Shown here piece after piece: positions 1 to 12,800 of a stretch of DNA of 64,000 bases; positions within the stretch are counted from its first letter, which is position 1, and each line of letters starts with the position of its first letter. Made by a program: the position numbers and the translations under genes. The stretch covers positions 121,646,001 to 121,710,000 of the forward strand of contig NW_024704742.1 in the NCBI RefSeq assembly GCF_018977255.1. The letters are read 5' to 3'. Below the pieces are notes generated by a model. It worked only from the letters and a program-made list of their open reading frames with translations. It made no database searches and was not told the DNA's origin. Source of the DNA: Callorhinchus milii. Taxonomy: Eukaryota.

Positions 1-268
1 GCTAACTTCCATATCTTTGGGTCTTTATCTGTTACTTCCTGTGTTGAGGTCCAGCAATACTGATGTTACTTTGTGAAACAAGGGGACATTGCAAATTGGT
101 TGCCGAGTTGGCTCACAATGCACACAATCACTGCACTTTACAGTATATCCTGTGAAGCGATTTGAGATGTCCTCTTGATGTGAAAACTGCTACGCTAAAT
201 CTGAAGATCAGCAGTGCTTGTTATCCATGGTGCTCATGTGCAGGTGTGGAAAATGATGTTCGTGCTGT

Positions 269-579
269 ATGAAGTCCTGTAGCTCAGTGGTTAGAGCACT
301 TGCCTCGCAAGCGAGAGACCTGGGTTCGATTCGCGACAGGGCGAAACCTTGGGCAAGTTTCCTTACTCCACCCCTGATAATAATCCCTCAAGAAAAAAAA
401 ACAATAATAAAATTGGTCACTTCAATCCACGACTGTTTGTGGGACACTGCTATGTGCAATTGGCTCCACTTTTCGCCCATAAATATACAGTCAATTCACC
501 TTACAGTATATTCTGTGAAGCGCTTTGAGATGTCTCGAAGACGTGAAAAGCGCTACATTAAATGCAAAGATTATTATTA
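269..579 (+). mobile_element. tRNA-Ala-derived SINE (short variant) with Deu-type 3' body and L2-type tail
   Basis: A box gtagctcagtggttagagc, anticodon arm ttgc-ctcgcaa-gcga, B box ggttcgattc; body ctgtttgtgggacactgctatgtgcaattggc; ATT-repeat tail. Confidence 0.9.
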
Positions 580-725
580 CAATGTGTAGAATATAACACT
601 AGCAGGGACAGACATTTTTTCATGATATTGGTTCCAGGTAATTCCTGGATCAAGGCAACAGTGCTATAAATGGTTGCCCTGTATGTAAATATGTTGATTC
701 TACGATTATACATTTTTTTCTTTAG

Positions 726-864
726 ATTTCCTCCATCATCTCCTCTTAAGCCCTATCCAAAAAAGACAACACGTTTAGTCCGTGACTTAAATCCCATATT
801 TCCAGACTGGAATGACTACGATGTTCCAAGACAGGGTCCTGTCCTGGTGAGACCTGTAATTTTG
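726..864 (+). CDS. DEPDC1B: DEPDC1B coding exon ([14 protein letters not shown]...VRPVIL)
   Basis: Acceptor tttttttctttag|A at 725/726; donor TTG|gtaaga at 864/865; 139 nt. Confidence 0.93.
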
Positions 865-3800
865 GTAAGACACGTTGAAATACTGTAATTTGTAGATATA
901 TGATTTGTATTGTTCAGTAGCGATTGAAATACATTAAGGGCATAAAGTGCACTCGTGATTTTTTTCTGCTACAAAGATAGCTTTGAGCAGCATATTGTAG
1001 GGTTCTGGATCATAGATGGATCTACCCGTTTTCAATTTTAATTAATTAAAAATTATTTATCGAGTCTTTCAATTTTCTGCAGAACCGAGGAAAATGAATT
1101 CCTATTGTTGACAATTTTAAAAAATTGTTTTGAACTACAAAAATGGCTGACAACGTGTGTGACATTGCCTGCGCAAAGCGCACATGTGCAGTGTGATATC
1201 TATTGTGCCTTCACATCCTGGAGGTTGGCCATTTTTGTTGTCAGAGATTACTAGCCATATATTTTTTCAGATGTTTTTCAATTTTTATTATTGGGGAAAT
1301 TTTTTAATCAAATTGTATATTTCTCTTTTCTATAATTAAAGAACATAAAAACTATAGAATTAAGACATGTACAATTATTATTACTAGAAATGGTAAAAAT
1401 GGGTAAAATATACACAAACATATTAAAAGTTCTGTTTCACTAATTATGTTTGTTTCGCGCTACAATATATTAAACTGAATGCTGAAGATGTAAAACGTGC
1501 ATCGTCTTGCATTAAATATGGGATTTTAAATTGTAAAATGCTTTATCTTTGGGGGCCCCAAATAATTATGCCTGGAAGACTTTGTTTTACCTGAATTTAT
1601 TGGCTTTGGTTGCAATGGCTCATAAAAACTATACAGTTTCTTATGCCACAAATAACCTGAATAGGAAAAGTCGACTATAATGAAATTTCACTTTTGTGGA
1701 TAGCTGGCATTTCTGTTGTACACACTACTCAAAGCTTTATGTAGCATTTTTGATATCCATTCATCTCTATCATGAGATCTCTGCCATGCAAAACACTCAA
1801 GTATCAAAGATTGGATTAATTACAATTTAAAAAGTAATTATCTTAGTCTATTTAAGTAAGTAGTACTTGATGTTTGATATGTAGTAATGGAACCACTTGA
1901 TTGTGTTTCCCTGTCTGATATATAGACATCAATGTATGAATTAGTTATTTCTGCTTTGTGTCAATCTTCAATGTTGTGTGAAAATTCTTACCGAATAGTA
2001 CATATCTAATCCTGTTAAATTCTCATTAAATTCTTAACGTTAATTTTGTGTGTATACAAACCACTTAATTCAATAAATGTTGTTTGAAAGTGTGTTGGAA
2101 GCTCTGATTTAACAGTAGCATAATGTACTTTGTGATGTATTGTAAGTTTCTACATTCACTTGACTGTTTTTATTGCGATGTGTTCTAGAATGCTGATTTG
2201 TGGCAGAAGCGGCACAGCATTGCAATTGGGGAAGTACCCGAGTGTCGAATAATATACAGGAAAGAGATTTCAAAAGGAACTATGGAAGAAATTTGGAAAT
2301 CAATTACACTATCAAAGTAGGTGAAACGTGTTTGTGCTTTCTCTTCCCCGAGTTTCCCCACTTCTCATTTCCAAAATAAATAACATTAGATTCCTAAAAA
2401 TCATGATTGTATAGTGTGACTTTTAATGGGGCCATTTACTCAAATGCTGCTTTATTCCCCATATGTTGTATATTCTATTTTATAGCTTAATACAGTGAAA
2501 TTCTGTTAATTGAATATCAGATAATTGAATAATTTGGTTTATTCAATAGAATTTAGAAATCCCAAATCCCTTCTGCACGTTTAATCTAAGAATACAGATT
2601 GGGTAATTTGAATACCGGGTATATGAATAATTTGGTTTATTGAACAATTTTCTCGTGTCTGCCCGTATAAAACCATTAATCTTAGTACGGATAAACACGT
2701 AATCCCAAATCATTACCTTCATGGTATAGCGAGAACATCATCAGCTTCTTCTCCTCCTTCCCCCTCATGTCCTCTCGCTCCCTGGAGAGGTCGTTGGCGA
2801 TTGACTGGTTCCACACGTGAATGAAGATGCGTCCGAATGGGGAGAGTGTTTCCAGTTACAGTGTGGTTGGAGGCTGCATGCCTCAATCTCTGGGAGATGA
2901 GTCTCCTTATGTTTAGTCTAGTTAAATGAATAGTTTGGTTTACTGAATAATTTTTGCTGCCAAATTCAGTCTTCGATTAGCAAAACTTCATTGTAAATTG
3001 TATATTAACAACAACAACTTGCAATTATATAGTGCCCTCCACGCAGGGTGGTGTCTCAGCGTGCTTAATATCATTTCTAAAGAGGGTATTTCTTTTCAAT
3101 GGCTCCCACTTTCTCACATTGTTGCTGACATCACTCCCACTGTGATCCTCAAGTCTCCTTCCAACCTTTCATTGAGGCGCTGACCAAGTCTGCTTCCTTT
3201 AACCTTCTTAGCTCCACTATTACTTCATTCCCAACACAGCCAAAACTCTCACCCATGTCTTTTGTCGTGGTCAGGGGTCACTTTCAGACCCAATTTTTTC
3301 CACCTTGGGTTGATACCCAAATCTGGCCTAGAACCTGGAGTTCAACCAACTGAACCAAATTGATACACATGATCAGCTTGTTGATCCTGTTCTAAAATTG
3401 TTTTCTTGGTTCATTGGAAGAGTTAGCTGAAATACCTATTTTATATTTGCTCTAAATGGTAACTGTGTATTTACTATAAGAGCAATATATTTTTCCTCAA
3501 AATGCAAGAATACTCAAAGTTCTATTGTTCAAATTTCTTTTGACTTCCAGGTTGCAGAAGATCCTAGGGCTGGATTCCCTGGATGGAGTGCTTGATGCTA
3601 AACTAGTCAACCCGAAACACATCATGTATAATGTACATTATATTAATAAGCAAGGAATAGTAATTCTAGAGAACAAATCAGGTATCTTTGTGTTCATTGC
3701 TTTTCACAATTGTTTAATTTTAAAAATCCTTTTTTTTGGTGTGACATATTCGGAAACGATGCTTAAGAGTATCCAAAACAAACTGAGAATTCCATGCATC

Positions 3801-6800
3801 TCACATATGCATGGGAATTATAGAGATTGATTATTGGAATGGAATGCGCGCACTCCCTAGAGGAATGCATCCTGCTTAATTCTGGAAAGCATTAGGTGCA
3901 GATTGCCAGGATCCAAGGCTTGGGGACCCCAGAGTGTGCATTGGGTCTAACCAGCTAAAACCGCATACCTTGCCATTGATAGCACTGTTTGGCAAACTTT
4001 GCCGCTGCTTATCCAGCTACGATCTTCTTACCCGTTAGGACTTTGACTTGCAAAAGCCCTATGGTTAAGGTGGTCCTACCCTTGCTTGCTGACAATAGCT
4101 GTGTGGGAGAATTCCCTACCCCCAGTGACAGGAGCTGTGTGGGAAAATTCCCTACCCCCAGTGACAGGAGCTGTGTGGGAGCACCCAGTGTCTGTCCTTC
4201 CAAGTCCTTCCGATGAGCCAAGCTGGCTGTGCTGTCATCACCAGTGCGTGCCATGGAGTACTGTGAGTCTGCCTGGCTCAGGATCCGGACTACCAAGACC
4301 ACCACAGGGGGTTGGTTCAAACACCTTGGAGACAGTTCAGCTCAAAGAGACGCTGATTACACCCCAGGAGGACTTTAAGATTGCTCCTTTTTAGGATTTA
4401 ACTCTTAATTTGTAATGTCTAAAAAAGGGCCTAAATAATTTTCCTTTTCCAAACAGAAGAACTTCCACATTGGGTTCTGTCAGCAATGAGGTGTCTTGCA
4501 AACTGTAAGTATCAAGCATCCTTTATAAAAGATTTTGTAGATATGAACCATAACTATATGGTACACCTACACACTGAGGAATTAGTTTGCTCAGTACACG
4601 CAATCCATCAACTTAGTTGAAATTGCAATTGGGAATACATAAAACCATTTGCGATTTGGCAAGAAGTAATAAAATAAGCATGAGAGTTAAGGAACTCAGC
4701 ACTCTGCTTGCTTTCATATTGATCTACAATGCAGCCAAGTATCTGCTAAATTTCTTAGTTACTGTTGAGTTTCTAGATTGGAGAAAGATGCAATATAGTC
4801 ATATCTGATATTACTATTTTTCATATAGCAAATTGATGACTGTGTTTGTTTAAAGGATTTTTATATTTAGATATTTGTTTATTTATAAATAGCCTTACAA
4901 TCAGAAATAGATTCTGAAAATAAATTAAGGATGTCTTAATAAATTAAGTAGTTGTTGGAATATTCTTCACACATTCCAGAAACAGCCTTGATGATTGAAG
5001 GGGAAACAAAAAAAAAAAGTCTATGATGTTAAACAGCACAACTTCATCTCCAATTAAATAACCTGAAAGGACCAAGAATAATCTAGATCCATCAGTACTC
5101 CCGTCTGCTTCACATTCAAAGGTTGACTAGAAAGTGTCTTTTTATCAGAGTTTATAATCTTCCTAGATCTGCAATAATTGAATAAACCACCCTGACTTTC
5201 AACATGGTAACAAATCAGATCATTCAAGCAGCATTCTCAGGAGATATATTAGCTGTGATAAACCTAAATAAAAAAAAGTCAAGCGTCAGTATGCTTGTGG
5301 CACAGGCAATTCTTGGTGTTGCTCTTTCACAGAATACAAGGTGCCCTTTTCAGCCTTATCTTTGTCCTTTGATGTTTACTCAAAACATCTCAGGTTCTAA
5401 ATTCAGATACTGGGAGGTTTTCCTTGTTACTGGCTGAGACAACTTACCTTTCTGTTATGGGTTAATCAGGTAAAGCAAATATGATTTATCCATGAAGATG
5501 GTCCTAACTTTAGAAAATGGAAAGTACTTTTTGAGTAAGCAAGAAGGATCCTTAAGCCGTTGTGGATCCTGTCTGTACTTCTTTTGATATTGTTTTATTA
5601 CCTCACAATTGAAATTCTCAATACAATGCAAAATTAAATTTGTATAGCACCTTTCATGTCGATGTGATCAATCAATAGTTGATTTGATGTATTTATATAC
5701 TTCATTTGCCCTACTTTAACATAGCTCCACAGTTACAGAAATTTGCGCACAACAATATCCCATAAGCAGCATTAAGTGAGTGACCAATTTTCTTTGGGAT
5801 TATTGGCCAAGGGCAACATGACAAACTCCCTTTTCTTTTGGAATAGTGCCACAGGATCTTTAACATCCAGCTGAAGAGGTAGATGGGACCTTGGTTTAAC
5901 ATTTCATTTGAAGAATGGTACTTCTGAAAATGCAGCACACTCCTCCAGCACTATACTGAAGTGTCATGAATTATGCATGAAACGTCAGGGGCTTTATTCA
6001 TAAGCCATTTCAAGCCTGTGTTCTTGCTCTTCACAAAATAATGATTGCTCGTCCTTATTTCAACAATTGATTAGTTGAATGCTTTAATGCAATTACTATT
6101 TGTTTTTGTGTGTTTTCCTCACCTAGGGCCAAATGGAAGTGATCTAAACCAGCCTATGTATCCAGGATTTGAAAGAGATGTGTTCAAAACCATAGCAGAT
6201 TACTTTCAGAAGTTAAAGGAGCCATTGCTCACATTTGAGTTTTATGAACTCTTCATCAATATATTAGGTGAGTTTTTAAACCATCAATTTGTCTTACAGT
6301 AAACATTTTGTAAGTATTGAATTGAAGAAATCTTGTTTGTCGTTATGGTGAATGTATGATACTTTTTTTTATTCTTGAACATCTTTGGGGGTCATAAAAA
6401 TACTTGAATCAGGACACTTCTATGTTGTTTTTCCAAGGGGCATTAGGGAGATGATTTCGGTGAAGCTGGCCAATTCTTTAGAAATTGCAAGTAAACTGGC
6501 AAAGGAAATTGTGATTTTTTCACAAATTGTTCAGGCCTACGACGCAGAGACCAACTTTGCTGGTACTAACTGTAGATTCATATTTGTCATTCTTTACTTA
6601 GATCTTTCAACCTAGCTGGTAGCCATAGCAATCCTAAAAATGAGAGTCTTAGAGCTTCATTTGTGGGGGTTCTAACCTCCGATGGTGCCTTCCACTGACA
6701 TTTTACAATAAATGGAAGAGGTTCATTGAGAGAGCCGTTGCTCAAGAACCAAGGTCTTTGAGAGAGCTGTTGCCTCCCAGCGTTGCTTTTTTCTCTCCTC

Positions 6801-9800
6801 TCACTCCTTCCATGAACCCCTCCAATCAGGTTTCCGTGCTGCCCACAGTACGGAAACTGCTCTGGTCAAGGTCACAAACGACATCCTGACCATGTGTGAC
6901 CAGGGCTCCCTCTGCCTCCTCATCCTCCTCGACCTCTCCGCCGCCTTTGACACCGTAGACCATTCAGTCCTCCTTCACCTCCTCTCCTCCCACCTCAACC
7001 TTCAAGGTTCTGTCCTTGATTGGTTCAGGTCCTCCTTTCACACCGCCTCCACTTCGTCGCGGCAAACGGTTTCTCCTCTAGCCCCTGCACTGTCTCGTGC
7101 AGTGTTCCTCAGGGCTCTGTCCTCAGTTCCCTCCTTTTTACCCTCTACATGCTCCCCCTGTGATGTCATCTGCAGACATAGGATAAATTTCCACGGATGA
7201 CACCAAACTCTACCTCTCTGCCTTCACCCTGAACTCCAGGACTACTGACGTCCTGACCGACTGCCTGTCCGACATCAAGTCCTGGACGAGGGCCAACTTT
7301 CTCCAACTGAACGTCAGCAAGACCGAGGCCCTCCTGATTGGCTTGCGCCAGCGCCTCTGCACTCAACCTCACTAAGCCAGTCAGGAACCTGGTGTCTTGT
7401 TTGACCCTGAACTTTCCTTTCTCCCATGACCATGACCGGTGCTACCTACTACCACCTCCTCAACATTGCCACTGCCTCACCCCTCAGGCTGCCGAAACCG
7501 TCACCCACGCATTCGTCATATCAAGGCTTGATTACGGGAACTCCCTCCTCATCGGCCTTACGAATTCTTCCTTTCACAAGCTGCAGATCATCCAAAATTC
7601 TGCAGCCCGTGTACTCTCACGCACCAGGCTCCGTGATCCCATCACTCCCACCCTCGCCCGACTCCACTGGCTCCCAATCCCTTAGAGGATCGAGTTCAAG
7701 ATCCTCGTCCTCACCTTTAAGGCCATCCATGGCCTTGCCCCCTCCTACCTCTCTGACCTGCTAACTCCCTACCAACCTGTCCACTCCCTCCGCTGATCAG
7801 GCTCCGGCCTGCTCCATGTCTCCCGCCCGACCCACCCTACCATCGGTAGCCGGGCTTTCAGCCTCTCTGCCCCAACACTCTGGAACTCCATCCCATGGCT
7901 CTTCACCTCGCTTCTTCCCTTGCATCCTTGAAGGCCGGTCTCAAGACCCTTCTCTTAGACCGTGCCTTTGGTCTCCCTCCCACCTCTCTGCCTTCCCTCA
8001 CCCCTACACCACCCCTCCCCCATGCTCAGGCCCTGACATCTGATTGTTCAGCGCTTTGGGACGTCCTCCCAACGTGAAAGGCGCTCTACAAATGTAATTT
8101 CGTTGTTGTTGTATCCCTAGATATTGGACTCAAGTCTTTAATTCTATTTTGATACCCTTATTTCCTCTAAGGAGACCCACACTTGATCAGCTTAGAGGAA
8201 CTCTTGCTGTTGATTTCTCAACTACTGACTTTGCTCAGCCTTTTCTCTCAATTTGTTCTTTATCCACTCCAATCATTTTCCTCTACTAATCATCCTACTC
8301 TATCCACTGTTATGTTAATGAATCCATTCTATTCATCAATCTCTTTCAGATCACATTGCCTTTATTCCTGAGCAATGCATTGGCTGAGTCTTTAAAAATT
8401 GATTTACTCTATGCTCTTTGACAGGACAATACAAGTACTTTTTTCTCCTTGTCTTAGAAATCAAGCTATCACTTGCCATCTCTTACACTAATATATATGA
8501 ATCATTTTGCTAACAATTGATTAATGGTTATTTTGCTAACAATTGATAAATGCTAACTTACACTAATATACAATAGTCATTTTGCTAACAATTGATCAAT
8601 GGTTATTTTGCTAACAATTGATTAATGCTAACAATTGATTAATGGTTATTTTGACGGGACAATACAAGTACTTTTTTATCCTTGTCTTAGAAATCAAGCT
8701 ATCACTTGCCACCTCTTACACTAATATGCAATAATAATAATAATAATAATAATCCTTGCATTTGATATAGCGCTTTTCACGTCGGGAGGACGTCCCAAAG
8801 CGCTTCACAGAACACACTGTAAAGTGAATTGACTGTATATTTGTGGGCGAACGCGGCAGCCAATTGCGCACAGCAATGTCCCACAAACAGTCGTAGATTG
8901 AAAATGACCAATTTATTATTGGTTTTTTTGGTTTTGGAGGGATTATTATTAGGCTCTGTGTGGAGTAAGGAAACTTGCCCAAGGTTTCGCCCTCTGCCTG
9001 GAATTGAACTCAGGTCTCTCACTTGCAAAGCGAGTGCTCTAACCACTGAGCTACAGGACTCCACATTTTGCTAACAATTGATTAATAGATCTATTCCTGA
9101 ACCCGTGTTGGTACATACTGTGCCACCAGAAATTATTTATGACCAACAAGATATACTTAAACACAATCTTTCCCAAGACACTTAGACTTCAAATTCACTT
9201 AACCTTCCCAATATTGTACAACTTATAGAATTGTAAAATCTAAGTGTGGCATCACATAACAACTCCATCCTGACATATCTTATTCTGTTCTATTCTATTC
9301 TTTCTAACCCTGATATATGTTAAATTTGACCTTTTACATAGCATTAAAGTGCAATAAAGTTTGTCCAGAGCATGTTATAAATGGAATAGTTATGCAAACA
9401 TTGAAGTATTGTCTGCTGTAGCACAATGGTTGTAATGGCAACTGTTACCGTGCTATCTGAAGAAGTTTAGAGTTATTAACCTTTTCTAGAGGATTAATAG
9501 AACTAATACATTATTCAGTACTTATGAAGAAGAGGCAATCGATGTAAAGGGTTCTGAGGAAGGTACAGTATCATGCAAAGATTAACTTAATTCAAAAACT
9601 ACGGTAACTACTGCAGAAAATAAGTTGGCTCCTTTACAGGATGATCACAATTGTCAATAAATTCTGCTTAAATAGCAATAATCTGATAAATGGAGTGCGT
9701 TTCTTTCATCTGAGTTATCCATTGAACATTGGTTCACATGTTTTATTTTCATGTTCCTTTTTTGTGCATTCATTCCAACTTTTTGGCCTGTCTTTTGAGA

Positions 9801-12800
9801 TGAGTCGTGTTAACATCTTTAATTATTTCTCTGTTCAGATTAAGTTTGTATCGTTTGTCGTATCTTATGATTTGCATGCTTTCAAATATCATAATTGAGG
9901 GAGTCAACTAACCACATGTCACTTTCTCTTCAATGTACATATCCATTGTCATGTTTCAGTCCAATTGTAACATTAATTGTTTTTTGTTACCTATCATCTT
10001 GTTGCACTTCATGCAGCACTCTCAGGGTTTATTACACTTCCCTGCCAAACTTCCAAAACTGAAGAACGACAAAGGGAACCACTTTGTATACAAGAATCAT
10101 TGACTCGTGACACAGCAAGCCAGGCCATACTCTCCTCGTTTATTTCAATTGAAAATCTTATGTTAAGTCTGGGTAGAAAAGAAGAATTTTCAGAATATTC
10201 TCCTGAAATCTTACAACAGTCATCACATCGAACTCTAGAATTGAAGTGTTGCATGCAGTCTTTCAAAATTATGAATGACCAATGTGTAAAAAAAGGTCAT
10301 GGGAGCCTATCTAGCTTAGTGCATCCTGAAGTTCATAATCATTTTATTAACAACCAATTGAGGGACAGATCCATTTCTCAACCTTCGTTGATGCACACTT
10401 CCACAAATGACCTGGGTCAACAAGATGCTACAAACCCTTTGATGGAAAGCAAGGGTGATGTCAAGATGAATCGAGGCAGTAGCCTTGCAAATCTCAGACA
10501 ACTGAAAGACGAGGCTGTAAATCCCTGGGTCTCCACATATCGGTATTGCTCATTAGAAGACCTTAACATGACAGTAAATGGAAATAAAACTGAAAGACAT
10601 CCTTCTTCCTTCTTTAATTCAAATACAAAGTTGGTGTTTAAAAAAGAAAAGCTGGAAAATGAGAAGTCGCAAACTTGCCTAGTTCAGCAAAGAAAGCAGT
10701 CATTGTGTAGTTTATCATCAAAATGGAAAGATTCTGGATTTGTTCGAACTGAGTCAAATTCTCAGTGTGAAGATAGATTGAATCGTGTCTACTCTGAACC
10801 AATAAAAGAAGGAAAAGGAGAAAATTATAGATGTAACCAAAGAAAAGAACATCAGTGGTTTAAATCTTCAACAAAGATTCAATGTTGTAATGATCAGTGT
10901 TTCAAGCAATCGACAATTGATCTAGCTGAGAATGGATCGGCTTTCCAATCTATTGCTCACTGTTTCAATAGACTAAAGTCTAGCTCTCCAAGCAAGGTGT
11001 TAAAGGATTTGAATAATATTCAAAATACTTGGGCAGGAGACCTACCTTCTAAGGCTAGTTCAGGGAGTGATCTTGATAATCCATACACCTTTTCTACTAA
11101 CCCACGTGGAGCTGCTCTCCAAGTACTGCTCAAGCCTAGCAGCATGCCAAGTAAGCACTCTTCAATATGTACAGATGATTCCTGTCTGGTTTGCTTTCAG
11201 GAATGATCTGCTAGCTTTTGTTGAATTGGTCTTGGTGGCTGGTGGCTTATGCTTTCTCATGATCTACTTCTATTAATTTGCTTTAAGTATAAAGGTACAA
11301 TGGGATTATGAACAAAACAGTGTGTGGCAGTCTGCTTTGAATTATACAAATCAAACAAAAGCTACTGATTAAAGATGGTGTGTCATAAAGGTAGGATGAT
11401 TGTACGGGTTTATATGGCGAAGGATTTGCTGATGAATTCTGTGCTTTTTTAAAATATTTTGCTGAAACCATTTTCCTTTTTGGTCTACCAATTTTTTTTA
11501 AACTGAAAGATTTATAAATGGGCTTGACATTTATTATTTTTGGAGATGATAAGGGGAGTTACAGTTGTAGTTGTTGTTTTTACTTTAACCATGATTCTCT
11601 TTGGAAACCTAGGTCTTTTGCAACAACAGCATGTTGGTATCGAAGCACTGCAGGTTTGTTGCCTCCTCTTACCTCCGGAAAATCGTCGAAAGCTTCAGCT
11701 TCTGATGAGAATGATGGCTCGAATTGTTCAAAATACTGAAATGCCAGCTCTACACAATGCTATTGGAGCTAGAATGCTGGTGAGTTTAATAATATTCCTT
11801 ATATTTGATATAGAGCCTTTCACATCGGGAAGACTTCTAAAGGCAGTTCATAGGATACGCTGTAAAATGTGACTATGTTATAAGTGGAGGCACCAATGTC
11901 CCAAAAGATGATTCATTTTAATTTGGGGAGATTCTTGGCCAGGGCACCAGGAGAAACTCCTTTGATGGCTTCACATTCAACTTACTTGTGGCTCCTAAAG
12001 TTTGAATTGGGCAATAGTTTGCTGGACATGTACCTTTCAGTGTAGTGTAGCGCCACAATCTACACACTCTCACTGTAACGAGTTGCCTTATAATGGGTGT
12101 AACAATGAGCTGTAAATCAAAATCTTCATGGGAATTATCTTGGTCAGTTTTTAAAATATTTTTGTAGGTTCTCCACCTCACATCAAGTACTGTTTTATGG
12201 AAATCTTTTTTTTTATACTCACCCCAAAGTATTTCCAGTAGGAAAGTATATTAAGTATAAAGACTTATTAAGTGGTGAGGAGACAGGGGTGGCAGATATA
12301 GAAACTTTTATGTAGCTTGTTAATATCTCTTCAAATGTATCTTAATTACATTGTTTTTTTTAATAGATCCATGAGTCAAACTAGAGGAACAGGTGCAAAT
12401 CAGCTTCAATTTATTTCTTAATACATAGGTTTATATAGAGAAATAACAACTAACATATTCTTAAAACATTATTGCAGATGGTTCAAACTTTCTCTCGTTG
12501 TATCCTCTGTTCCGAGGATGAGGTGGATCTTGATGAGTTGCTAGCAGCTAGACTAGTCAGCTTTATGATGGATCATTACCAGGATGTTCTAAGAATTCCT
12601 GACCATCTGCAGGGTGCAGTAGAGGAACACTTGGCTCACCTCCGAAGAGTTCAGGTAGATTGTTTAATGGATGACTATTAATGATGCCTAAATGTCACTA
12701 AAATGATGACTTTTATTTTGCTTCAGTAATTCTAAAAATTTACTCCATTATTGACCACCTGCAATGAATGTAAAATCTGCAGCTTCAGAAGGAAATAAGT

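Noticed and set aside
4097..4181. CRISPR-like 36-nt repeats
   Set aside because: The units are directly adjacent with no unique spacers, no cas genes are present and the context is eukaryotic; it is a simple tandem duplication.
4255..4335. HDV-like ribozyme at the end of the unclassified repeat (minus strand)
   Set aside because: P1- and P3-like pairings can be drawn, but L3 length, P2 and the J4/2 catalytic segment do not fit convincingly by hand.
9977..11206. 409-aa ORF as a stand-alone single-exon gene
   Set aside because: It starts at TTG rather than ATG and lies in a DEPDC1B intron with phase-compatible splice sites, so it is better explained as a cassette exon.
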